From: Thalia democratica
Taxonomy: Eukaryota
NCBI GenBank assembly: GCA_965202585.1
Contig: OZ241827.1
Span: 54,560,001-54,624,000 of the forward strand
DNA length: 64,000 nucleotides
Reading direction: 5' to 3'
This document shows, in pieces, positions 13,373 through 24,861 of the stretch (within the stretch, counting starts at the first letter, position 1; each line of letters opens with the position of its first letter). The position numbers and the translations under genes were made by a program. The notes under the pieces are model-generated. The model saw only the letters and a program-made list of their open reading frames with translations. It was not told the origin of the DNA and made no database searches.

Positions 13373-15365
13373 CACAGTGGGCTGGCAAGTGGCCATTGAC
13401 TATTTTCGCGACTAAGCAGTTAAAGCAAGATTTTTTTTAAATTGTTTAGAGCGGGGTTTCGTCTTTTAAAAACTGTTCTGTTTAAAGTATACTAAAAGTT
13501 ATGTAAGCTTAATTGTAGCCAAAGTTAGCTTTTTTTAAGTTTAAAAAAGCCTCGAAAAATGCTTAAACTTTTGTCAAAATTAAGGTCTACATCTACTGTT
13601 AAAAAACACATTAAAAGCTTTTATACAAACACTTTTTTTTTTTTTTTTTTCATTTCTTTGGTTTAGTGTTAATTGAAAAAAGTCAAAATTCTTTGAATAT
13701 TTAAATGTAAAAGTATATTATTTCTTTTTTAAAAAATCTTCTACTCTAGCGGAAAATTCATTGATGATTTTCTGGCAATTTAGGGTATTCTTCAGGGTTA
13801 ATTTTCTCAATTTACCACCTTAGAACCAACATAATATTTTTTTAAATAATTTAGTAAAAATGACAAGGAATCTATATACAAATTTACAGATAAATATATC
13901 ATGTGGAATATAACTATTTTTTTAGGTTTTTACAAGCGATATTTCTGTTTAAAAAATTGATATAATATCCTATCCCTGGTTTTTCACTATGACAAAAAAG
14001 ACCATTTTGTATGTTCTAGAAGGTTCTTAATGTGTATAGATTCACTTACTTTTGTTTACAGATCATTTAAGCTCCAAGAATGATGAGAACAGTTAGTATT
14101 GGTCAAAACATGGTAGCTTAGCATATGTTTTAATTATTGAAATAGTTTTTTTTACTATTTTAGCAAATTTAAGGTTTTGTAGTACTATTATTGAAGTTAT
14201 TATAGTAGTTTTTGTAAAAATAGTGTTTTTATTTATGATACAATATAGCCAGAGTATTGCATCTGATTAAGTAACATATTTTTTGTAGATTTATCACTAT
14301 AACTTATTCAAACCTAGCAGTAATATGGATAGTTTAACTAGCATCGAAATATACGAACTTTTCAAAAACCAAAAACTGTTCAAAAAAAAAGATTAATGTA
14401 GAGAAAAACTCAGTTTTATGTCAAAAAACAATGATGCTGGTCATGTCGGTTAAATGGATTCGCTTTACACCAACTGCGCATACTGTTCTTGCACATAGTG
14501 CTGAACTAATTGAGCAAAACAACGGTAGAGGTTTGCTAAACTACACCGAAAGTGGATTGGAAGCTAACAACAAGTTTCTAAGACAGTACAGAATGAGCTT
14601 TTTAAGGAAAACTTCTCAGTATGAAAATTTAACAGACTGTTTAAATCGATTATGGGACAAGAGTGACTACGATGTTAACAACACTTAAGACAGACTGAAT
14701 TGCACTTGTTGTAAAGAAGTTGGACATACTGTGCGAAGTTGTTTGCAGCTAAATGAAAAAATTTCATCATGTAGTTCAGAACGGGAAACGTTGTTACATA
14801 TGCTTTGTGCTACTGAATAGAGTGTTTTATTTATTTTAGAAACTTAATTTCAAAGAAGTTTTAAGAACTTACATATGACTTATATTTTCTAGTAAACTTA
14901 AAGTACTTTTTTTTAGTCACAGGCTAAATTATTTTGTTTTTTGCACTGTTTTGCAACGAATAAATGTTTTTATTGTTCAAAATGTTTAAGGTTTTTTTCT
15001 TTTGATAAACTAGTACAAATGTAACGTTATTAATAATACAAACTTTGATATACAAAGATCAGCCTTAAATTAGAAATAAACTGTATTTAGAGTATATTTT
15101 CACCCGGCTTGATATTGAAAATTCATTCATATTTAAACTAAAATGGGAGTAAATGTAACTATCTTGAGGGAGCCAATTATTATTTTCTTTTTTTTAAGTT
15201 TCTTTCTTTAAAGTTTCACTAGAAGTAAAAATTTTAACTATTTTTTAAATAAAAACAAACATTATTCTTATTGTAACACTAAGTGTAACTTTGAATTGTA
15301 TTATAATGATTTTTATGACAGTTTTATGTCAATGGCCGCTTGATCCCCGTTTTCAGCCCACTGTG
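13373..15365 (+). mobile_element. Internally deleted Transib (RAG1-core-like) DNA transposon
   Basis: Termini CACAGTGGGCTG / CAGCCCACTGTG plus a second conserved block CAAGYGGCCATTGAC at each end. Internal Transib-like transposase remnant. The 5-bp flanks match only partly (TAACG/TAATT). Confidence 0.85.
14392..14820 (+). pseudogene. Transib/RAG1-like transposase C-terminal remnant followed by a CCHC zinc knuckle
   Basis: INVEKNSVLCQKTMML...WIRFTPTAHTVLAH...TESGLEANNKFLRQYR...RKTSQYENLTDCLNRLWDKSD matches the Transib/RAG1 HxxxxH zinc ligands, the catalytic-Glu region and the RK motif. After a stop at 14686-14688 the frame continues with CTCCKEVGHTVRSC. Confidence 0.85.
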
Positions 15366-15475
15366 TAATTGATAAAAAATATAAATTCTATGTATTGTTT
15401 AACATTTTTTCAGTTACTGTTTACGCGGATGAAAGTAAACTTTACGTGAATTAAAAACCATGATATTAAACAGAA

Positions 15476-15791
15476 CAAAGGTCGGTAAACCGCTGGCTAA
15501 ATTTGACCTGCTAAGTAGAAGCTTTTGACCTGCGGCATGCTTTTTAGCTAAAATGCTTTTGTAGCACTAGAAATAAGTTCTTTTTATAAAAAAATAATAA
15601 ATTATAGCTTTTCATGCTTCTAACTGATGCTTACTTTAAATTATTTTTATCACACATTTGCATTTATATAACTTTTAAAGTATTCGTTTTAAATATTGTA
15701 GCTTCTGAAATTATTTTGTTTTTATTATGTCCCGTAAAAAACTTTTTTAAATAAATTTGGCCTGTTACTTACGAAAAGTTGCCGACCTCTA
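15476..15791. mobile_element. Degenerate hAT-type MITE
   Basis: Ends CAAAGGTCGGTAAAC / GTTGCCGACCTCTA are imperfect inverted repeats. No clear TSD. Confidence 0.4.
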
Positions 15792-16195
15792 ACAACAAAA
15801 ATTGTATTTTTTTTATTTCTTCTTAGTATGCAGTAACAGTGCACCTCAGTAGAGAGTTTTTATTTAATTGAGAGCCTAACTGTCAGCTTTTACTAAAACT
15901 TTTTTGTTGCTTTTAACTCAAAAATAGCTCATGGCCTGCAGAATTTTGACTTCGCTGACCGCAGTAATACAATTTTTGATAGCATACAAAACTGCATTTT
16001 TTTCAATTCTTACACCGAAATTTAAAAGCTCTAATTTCGTTTTTACGAAGAACTGTGACATCATTATATGCTTATAAATTTTCTGTTATCGAGTTTTTAA
16101 AAACCATTAATTTAGAAAAGCTATATTTGTATCTTAGTGTTTCTTCGTGAGTCCACATCACTTTAGTATCGTTAAAAGATAAAAGCACCGTTGAA

Positions 16196-18271
16196 ATGGA
16201 GAGGCAAAACAACGAAGCCGACGAGTCCGGAAGAGGGTTGTTTCAGGAGACGCAAACTTCCAAGGTCATCAGGAAGGAGCGCCGACGATCGTCGATCGGT
16301 GAACAGCTTATTTCTTTGTTCAAAGTTAAAAAGGTCAACCATGAAACTGAAGTTGTCACCAGCGGATCTGCCGATAAAGCAGAGAACAACAATGTTGACG
16401 TGATTACGGATGTTCCTTCTGCACATGCTGCTTCGGTTAAGCAAAAGACAACCAACGCAAATGGCAATAGGGCTGTCAGTGAACCACAAGGCAATGGTGT
16501 TGACAATCAGAAAACCAAAGCTACTGTAACTGCTGCAGGCCCAAAACCTTTGGCCACCAATCAACAAACCGATCAAAACATAGCCGGTGCAAACGGAAGC
16601 AGAGCTGCTGACAACAAAAACGGTAATGGGAATAAAAATATGGGAGGTAACATTCAAATTCAATTTAAGGAGCAGCAAAGCGTGGGTAACAATGAGCCTG
16701 AACGGCCAGGGGTCTCAAATAATTCAAACAATCTCATAAGTATTTGGTTTAACGTCAAAGAATTAGAATTAAATAACATCTACATAGAATTTAACCAGCA
16801 GCATTTAACATGCAAGCCGTCCCCGTCTCCGAGCCACTGCAGCGAGAAAGACTACAAAAATGAAACCCCCTACAAGGGCACCGATCGGCGCCACTCGCTT
16901 GACAGCGTTTTGAGGATGGAAAACATCGAGGTTAAAGAATTAGATGAAAAGATGATCCAGAATTGCGACGAAAAAGGTCTGACTGCAGAGGACCACAGGG
17001 AATTTTACAGGGAAGCTTTCGCCATGGAAGGCTTCGACCGGTGGTTCAAGCTCGCGCTGGGAGTTGAGGTTGTAACGGAATGGATCCGGCCGCTCGTAGA
17101 ACAACTGGTCAAAGATGAGTATGAGAATTTTGTGAAAAAAGTACAACCGGTAGATTTTAACGAAGAGGATAACAAATTTTTAGAAAAAACGCACGACAAC
17201 ATGAAAAATATGATGAAGGAGAGCAAGAATTTACCCTCCTACGAGAAACACACATCAAAATGCGCCGGTCTTTCGGCAAAGCTGGAGCCGTTTTTCGAGT
17301 ATTTGGAAAAGCGTTTTGGAGATGATAAAACAACTGAGAAAATGAGGATGCTGCCGCTGCTGCACACCAGGAACATCATGGACAAAGAAAGAGACCGGGA
17401 CGAAGAAAAAGATCAGTGGATCCTTGCGTGCATCTACATGACCACCGGCTGGATCATAACGTACGAAGGAGCCGGAGCGAGCTTCTATGACGTATCCAAC
17501 CTCGTTTCTTATCTGAGGAACATCAAAGGCGGCTCCGACCATTTCTGTATGACTGAAGGTAAACTGAACGATTTGACGGGCGTCAGGAACTACTTGCTGC
17601 ACGCCAAGTCGCAGACGGTGCCGGAGAACATTTTCCCCTTAAAGCTGAACGAGCTGGTGAGTTTTGTGAGCCATGTGTATAAGGAACAAAGACAAAAAGA
17701 ATGTGTTCATGAGAAGCTGATCGGCGTTAACGAAGATTCCATCAAAACGACGCTGCAAAAACTCAAGTACTTGAAGGAGGTGAATATAGATTTCGTGATT
17801 GACGGTAAAGAAAAGTGCGAGCCGACCCTCGGCGCCATTAAAAGCGTCAGTGGTTACAAAAAAATGGTGAAGCGCAGGGAAAAGCAGAAGTGCCAAGAGC
17901 TGAAAATTCCAAAAAAAAATGAATTAGCAAACATCGACGAAGAACTCAATGCCATTGTAGACAATGCAAGAAAGGCGCAAAAAGTGGTCGAAAAGGCAAA
18001 AAATGAGTTTGAAAATTATATAACATTTTTCGGAACTAAAAAAGAACGTAGAGATGATAGAAAGAAAGAGTTGGAGAGATTAAACCAAAAGGGTGATGTA
18101 AAGGACAACAATTATTTTTCATCAGGTGAATTAAAACAAGCAAGCGGCGCATTCCAAACGAAATTCAGAGCAAAAATGATGTTGAGTAAGTTTAGTGAAG
18201 CTTTTACGCAGGCATTTTCAAATCCAATCAATCCGGTAGTTGGACAAGAAGCTAATGAAGGACAATCGTAA
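16196..18271 (+). CDS. Intronless 691-aa protein: low-complexity N-terminus, CXorf38/DUF4559-like HEPN domain (~17033-17680), C-terminal coiled coil
   Basis: Long uninterrupted ORF in AT-rich DNA. Blocks FDRWFKLALG...PLVEQLV, WILACIYMTTG, DVSNLVSYL...DHF and LTGVRNYLLH parallel my recollection of CXorf38 (YKNWVKAG..., WEVAKAFMPRG, DAVALLSLI...DHF, VIKCRNEIMH). Confidence 0.85.
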   Translation: MERQNNEADESGRGLFQETQTSKVIRKERRRSSIGEQLISLFKVKKVNHETEVVTSGSADKAENNNVDVITDVPSAHAASVKQKTTNANGNRAVSEPQGNGVDNQKTKATVTAAGPKPLATNQQTDQNIAGANGSRAADNKNGNGNKNMGGNIQIQFKEQQSVGNNEPERPGVSNNSNNLISIWFNVKELELNNIYIEFNQQHLTCKPSPSPSHCSEKDYKNETPYKGTDRRHSLDSVLRMENIEVKELDEKMIQNCDEKGLTAEDHREFYREAFAMEGFDRWFKLALGVEVVTEWIRPLVEQLVKDEYENFVKKVQPVDFNEEDNKFLEKTHDNMKNMMKESKNLPSYEKHTSKCAGLSAKLEPFFEYLEKRFGDDKTTEKMRMLPLLHTRNIMDKERDRDEEKDQWILACIYMTTGWIITYEGAGASFYDVSNLVSYLRNIKGGSDHFCMTEGKLNDLTGVRNYLLHAKSQTVPENIFPLKLNELVSFVSHVYKEQRQKECVHEKLIGVNEDSIKTTLQKLKYLKEVNIDFVIDGKEKCEPTLGAIKSVSGYKKMVKRREKQKCQELKIPKKNELANIDEELNAIVDNARKAQKVVEKAKNEFENYITFFGTKKERRDDRKKELERLNQKGDVKDNNYFSSGELKQASGAFQTKFRAKMMLSKFSEAFTQAFSNPINPVVGQEANEGQS

Positions 18272-19064
18272 AGGAGAGCGAAGCCTATCTCAAATCAGCG
18301 TGAAACAAAGCTGAAAATGTTTAAAATTTTGAAATTAATTAAACAAAAGCTGTAAATTTTTATAAAATAAATCACATGTGTATTTAAAAGCGTGTTTATT
18401 TTTAGATAGTAGAATGTTTCAGTAAGTAAGTGATTCAGTATTTTAGATTTGAACTGTTTAAATTCAAGTTTTAAACTGTAGCACAATGTTTCTGACTTTT
18501 CCTAAACTTTAAAAATTAGTAAAATATTTATTTAAGTACAAAAATAGTATTCAAGTTAACAACATTTCAGACAAAGAGTAAACATTTGAAATCATATTAT
18601 AGATATAAAGCATAGCTATTTGATAATATAATAAGCATTGTTATAACTATAGTTGATAGATGAATTTTAATATGAAAAGTTTCAAACTAGCTTGACATAT
18701 TCAGAAGCATCATTTTATTTACAGTGAAAAAAAAAACATATATTAGATTATTTTTCTGATAAAAAATAGTTCAAATAATAAATAAAAACTTTGTTGAAAA
18801 CAATTAAATAACTTATACATGCACAAACATCGCAACTTAAAGCAACTTACAATAAACGAAAAAAAAACTCTAATAATAAAAAAATGTTTTAGTGATATGT
18901 CAGAGAAAAACTTAAAAAATAATTATTTCTTAGCGAAATGTATACTTTAATTAAAATTTTTATTCGATTAAACTTATATAAGCAAAAGTTATACTGAAAC
19001 ACTTAAAACCAAAGCTACCTTGAAGCATATACAAATTTAGTTTAAATTGAACATAAGCTTAGAT

Positions 19065-19308
19065 CAGGGTTACCGAAAGTGGGCCATCTTGGCAATTCAG
19101 GGGATAGGATGCTAAAAAGATGTCAGGGGGAGAACCGTGACTAGTGAAGGGGCGATAAGACTTACTGAGATACGTTTTACGGGAGATTTGAAACTTACAT
19201 TATTTTTGGAAATCATTAAAAAATTTTTTTTGGGTTAAAATAAAAGGGGTGGTCATTTTAAATTTTCTGAAAAAGGGACGTTTGTGAAAACAAGTTTGAA
19301 AAACCAAG
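19065..19308. mobile_element. Degenerate hAT MITE
   Basis: Starts CAGGGTTACCGAAAGT and ends AAGTTTGAAAAACCAAG. Near-identical 8-bp flanks GCTTAGAT / GTTTAGAT. Confidence 0.55.
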
Positions 19309-21097
19309 GTTTAGATCAATGCATTATACCGTAAGATAATAAAGAAAATACAAGTAAGGAAACTTGAAAAAGTGGTAGATTTTAACTAAAAAACACGTTT
19401 ATTTTAAATCTTTATAATGTTTTGGAAAAAATTGTTTTTTTATGGATATTTTTATTCATAGTCAAAAATATAACTATATCAAATTAAAACTGAAAAAGAG
19501 AGAAGCTATCTAAAATTGAAACAACTTACTTCATCTTGATACGCTATTAAATTACTTTTTTACTGATTATAAGCAATAGCTTTAATAACTAAAACCTACT
19601 ATATAAACAACAGTACTTTTTTTCATTACATGATAATGAAATGTAGTTTTATTTCGAAAATGTTTGTGTAAAACAAAACTGATAACAAAAAGAAATAATT
19701 AATTCAAATTTATACATTTCATAATGCAACTGGTTTCTTCTGAGTTTTATGTTTTTTTTTTCACTAACTACCATTTGTTCACTTTTTGCCGGAGTTTCCA
19801 TTCATGCCTTCTTTTTTACCAAAAAGATTTTCAAGATCCAAAACACTGTTAACTGCGAAAACCATACTGTTCTCATTTTCACTATGATAGTGGTTTCTAC
19901 CACGTTTCCAAAAAAACACTTACTTGGTTACTTGTCTTTTTTTTTTGCATGATCGAGAAGTTCTCTACCAATGGTGTGAGACATATCAAAATATTTACCA
20001 ATATCGCTGCATTATTTTACTGATTATTTTCTTTTCTTGCTTAGTTTCAACCTTTTGATTATTATAAAAATTTATCGAAATTTGGTTATAAACCTTTTTG
20101 GAAGTATTTCTATTTAGCTTCTTTCAACATAAGTCAACTAGTTTACCGCTTACATTACAATTTTTTTCAGTATCTTCAGCTTTCTAATTTTTTTAGGGGT
20201 ATACTATGTTTTTTTTTTAGATTTGACAATATTTGAAAGTTCTCCATTCCGTTAACTTTCAAAAACTTTTCCCTTTCGTTCTTTTGCAGTTTAACTAGCA
20301 TTGAATAACAATCAACTGTTTGCTTTCATCGCTGTTTTAAATTTTCTGCTGTCGTTTCTTCTGTTTTATTTTTGTCGCAGAAAGTCGATTTTATTTTATC
20401 AAGTTTCTTCGTTAAGTTTGGAGTTTCTTTCCATCGCTTACATTTCCTTAGTATTGATTTTTATATCTGAGTTCTGTTTAGAAATTATTTTATTCATTTG
20501 ACTCTTAGTTTTTTCTTTAATTCTTTCAAGGGGTTTGACATCAGTTGCATTTTTAGTTTATTTATATAAAACATTCTTCAACATTAGTAAAAGTGTAGAA
20601 TAGTAACAAATAATTGAAAACTGTATGCTAACCTTAAGTTCGAAAATTTATCGTTTAGTATCTTACATTGTTAGTGTTTTTATTATTAAGAAAAGTATTA
20701 AACTTTTGTGCATATAACATACTTCAATAACCGGTTAGAGTGAAATTACTACAAAATTCATTTTGACCAACATTTTCTTGTTTGTTTTCAGTAGCAAAAC
20801 TATTTCTTAAAATACTATTCATGTTTATTTTTTTATGGTATAAAATACTAGCCTTAAAGTTTACTGCTGTCTTTATTTAGTTAAAAAACGCCTAATGACT
20901 TGAGTTGACTAAACATTACTTTTCGTGAATTGAAAATTCATTCGATTTGCTAGTTTCGAAAACTGTTTTGTATAAAATATTGATCTATAAACGTATATTG
21001 TATAACCTACAAGCATAAATAAACTACAAAGAAGATTTGCTTTTTAAAGTTTTCTTCATCCTTAGAAAAAACAAAAAAATTAAGGTGTCACATAAGT

Positions 21098-24000
21098 GGG
21101 TGGTTGTCAGAATGACACAGCGACAAAATGACACGGTGCGTCACTTTGGCACGGTGCGTCACTTTGACACGGAGGGTCACTTTGGCACGGCGACAAAATG
21201 ACACGGTGCGTCACTTTGGCACAGCGACAAAATGACACGGTGGGTTACTCTGGCACGGTGCGTCACTTTGGCACGGAGGGTCACTTTGGCACGGCGACAA
21301 AATGACACGGTGCGTCACTTTGGCACAGCGACAAAACGACACGGTGCGTCACTTTGGCACAGAGGGTCATTTTGGCACAGCGACAAAACGACACGGTGCG
21401 TCACTTTGGCACGAAGGGTCACTTTGGCATAGCGACAAAATGACACGGTGCGTCACTAAAGCATGAATTAACAAACTTATAAGCAAAACTAAACTTCTTT
21501 AGTAATATACTATTGTAAAATTTTGATAGTAATTAGTTAAACAAAAGATATATTATATTTTTCCAAACTATAGTAGCTTGATACATTTCAAACTATATAT
21601 AATACAATGCTTTAAAATTTAAGTCATAGTATAAAAACAAAAATGTTCCTAAGTTTTACTTTTTACGTTTCACGACTTTTATTTTTATGTAATGAATAAA
21701 ATTTAGTACTTTTTGTCAAACGTTTAATTAATTATTATCAGAAATTGTTATAAAAAATAACTAAGATTTTATTTAATACAGAGTTATTTCGTTGTAAGAA
21801 TAATTCATGCGTGTTTTAACTCTAGTTTTAAAAATACAGAGTTAAGCTGCTTTTGTAGTAACTAGCCAGTTATATTAAATATGTTTAGTTATTTAACCTA
21901 GTAGTTCGTTTAAAAATAAAGTTTTTTATTACTGTTTTTTTAAACGACAAAAGGTTATCGCTCGAAAAGTTATACCAAAGAACATTTCAGTTATTGAGTC
22001 GTAAATCACATGCTTTAACAATCTATAACGAGCAGTTAAAAATTTTTTTTTTTAATGTTAAGTCCTAAATTTCCGAAAGCATACAAAAAAACATTCAACA
22101 AAATTTAATAAGTTAAGATGTTTACTTAAAACTGTGTATTGAAAATGTATAATAAACTTGTCTAAAAGCAAATAATTAAAATAAACGGTCCTGGAGCTTA
22201 AATTTAAAAAAACTATAAATAGTATTATTAACAGTTGAGAGAAAATTTAAAGTCTGATGCAACCATTCATGCGCATTTATATATTTATCACTTTTAAGAA
22301 AATTAAGCCTTAGAGGTTATACAACTTGAGTCCTAATAAATCAAAATTAGTTGTTCTTAAAAATAGTGTATTAAATGTTAAGTTTATCGTCAATTTAATT
22401 AATTCTATTAAAGTTAATACTCTTAAGTCTTTTTTATTTTTATCAAACTTTGTAGCCTGAAATATAAAGAATTAAACTTAGAGTATGACAGATATTATAG
22501 TACTTTATTGCATATAAGGAAATAAATAGCATTTATACCATTAGTTTTAGTATTATAATAGTAAGAAAAATTGTATTTTGTTAAAGCAAGTCTACAATTG
22601 TATTACAAGTGTGTAGTTGTGGTTTATTGAGATTTATTTAAAGAGATGCTTGATGTAGGGAATGTTTTGCTAAAAAAACTAATTTATTTGCGGTTATTTG
22701 TACTTATACTTTTATCTATGCATTTTTAGTGCTTAGGTGCACAATTTTATTTGCGAAAGAGCATTATATTTCTACTTCTAAGTGCACGATATATGTTGCA
22801 ACTAACATAAGTCGCATAGAGGCGCAAAATTTCGATCTTTTAAGTCAAGTGCATAATAATTTTTTGAAGATGTTGCTAGTAAATCGTCAGGGAACGCAGT
22901 ATCTTAGTTCAAAATTGCAACCTATTAAGTCGCCAAAAGAGCGCAAGTATTACTTTTTTTATGCATAAAAACGTAAAATAATAACCGCATTAGAATTACA
23001 ACAGCAGAAAAGTTGTGTTTGATAACGTCTGAGTTTTAGTTTATAAAACTAATTTTCCTCTGTGTTTACATCTACTAGTTTATTGTTTTGATGTGCTGAA
23101 TGATTGATCTAAAATGTAGATTGTATTTTTTAAATCAGAATGTTGCTGAAGTTTAAAAAATATGTTCATATTAGTTTTTATTTTCTAGTCGTAAAATGGC
23201 AAGTCATTTTCTAGTTTTTATCACTCGTTTCAAGTTCTAGTACAAAATTGTGTTTAAGTTTTTCCATTCGAAAGAAATCAAAAATAAATTCCCTTTAATT
23301 TTGGCAATCGTATTTTGTTAAAAAAGTTGCTGCTTTTGCATTTTTTCTGAACGTTGTTTGATACAAATAATTATTTGTCGTTTATTAAGCACACCTTACA
23401 CCTTGCTACAGCTTAAAAATGAGTATGCTGTTTATAAGTACGACGATGGACAATAGAAGGTATAAACCTTACGTGTTATTTATTTTATGAAGTCACAATC
23501 AAAAATTCCTGCGGTTTTTGTTTTTAAAGTTAGTCAATGTGATTGTTGCTGATTCTACAAAACCGGTTAGAAGACAGGAAACCGAAAAGTTTCCTAGAAA
23601 AATAAGATCGCTGTGCATACCAATGAAGATTGAAGTTTCACAACAAATTGTTCCCTCCCTTATTAACCACCGTGTCATTTTTTCGCTGTGCTAAAGTGAC
23701 CCCCGTGTCATTTTGTCGCTGCTGCAAAGTGACCCTCCGTGCTAAAGTGACGCACCGTGTCGTTTTGTCGTTGTGCCAAAATGACCCTCCGTGCCAAAGT
23801 GACGCACCGTGTCGTTTTGTCGCTGTGCCAAAGTGACGCACCGTGTCGTTTTGTCACTGTGCCAAAGTGACGCACCGTGTCGTTGTGCCAAAGTGACCCT
23901 CCGTGCCAAAGTGACGCACTGTGTCGTTTTGTCGTTGTGCCAAAGTAACCCTCCGTGTCAAAGTGACGCACCGTGCCAAGGTGACGCACCGTGTCATTTT

Positions 24001-24252
24001 GTCGGCGTGCCAAAGTGACCCTCTGTGCCAAAGTGACGCACCGTGCCAAAGTGACCCACCGTGTCATTTTGTCGCTGTGCCAAAGTGATGCACCGTGTCA
24101 TTTTGTCGCCGTGCCAAAGTGACCCTCCGTGTCAAAGTGACGCACCGTGCCAAAGTGACGGACCGTGTCATTTTGTCGCTGTGCCAAAGTGACGCACCGT
24201 GTCTACTTGACGACCGTGTCATTTTGTCGCTGTGTCATTCTGACGCGCTCCC
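21098..24252. mobile_element. Foldback/MULE-like element with long modular tandem-repeat inverted arms and 9-bp TSD
   Basis: Perfect 9-bp TSD CACATAAGT (21089-21097, 24253-24261). GGG termini followed by GTCAGAATGACACAGCGACAAAATGACACGG on both ends. Arms at ~21098-21457 and ~23668-24252 are built from 16-18-bp modules. The AT-rich centre has no transposase ORF. Confidence 0.9.
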
Positions 24253-24861
24253 CACATAAGTATATTAAACTTAATAAAACCACCTCAAAAATTCATGGTT
24301 CAAAACATGATATGTTTGTAGTGACAAAATTTCAGTACAAATAAAACAACCTCAACGTTTAAATAAATTAAAACACTGGTTCATGCTGATTTAACGCAAA
24401 GTTTCCAAAACTCATTTCATAAACACTCCCTTGGCAGAAACTTTTGTTTTGTATCGCCCCGTTACTAGTTAATTCCCTATCTGTTTTTCGCCGTCTTACT
24501 AACTAACGCACCATGAAGGCCAAAATTCTAAACTAAATAAGCGGTAGAGCCCTCTTTGGAAAACCCTAATGGTTGTCTGAATTGTATAGAAATTTTTCAA
24601 TCAACATTTTCTTACAGTTTTTTTTCGATCTTTCAGGTGTAGAAATAAACCTAGTAAAACTGTATGCTTCTTCAATAAATACTTAAAAGTACTATTCGAT
24701 CTTGCTTGATATGCTTAAAGCCATAACTGTTAATCAGTTTAGTTACTTGAACTTTAAAACCATGTTGTCATGCACTCGCAAAAGTTTTAAAACGTGTGGT
24801 TTGCACAGTTGAGTACCAAAAAAACGTTTAATGCACACTAGACATTTTGCTATATACACAC

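Noticed and set aside
13373-15365. ProtoRAG-type element with a RAG2-like gene
   Set aside because: No kelch- or PHD-like ORF is present; only a Transib-like transposase fragment lies within ~2 kb.
16640-16700. Possible RHIM in the HEPN-like protein (GNIQIQFKEQQSVGNN)
   Set aside because: It lacks the (I/V)Q(I/V/L)G core, so the resemblance is too weak.
22729-22968. 79-aa ORF in the Foldback centre as a transposase or captured gene
   Set aside because: It is short and AT-rich with no recognisable motif.
21232-24067. ORF-track peptides such as MTRWVTLARCVTLARR
   Set aside because: They are by-products of stop-free modular repeats in the Foldback arms and occur on both strands.
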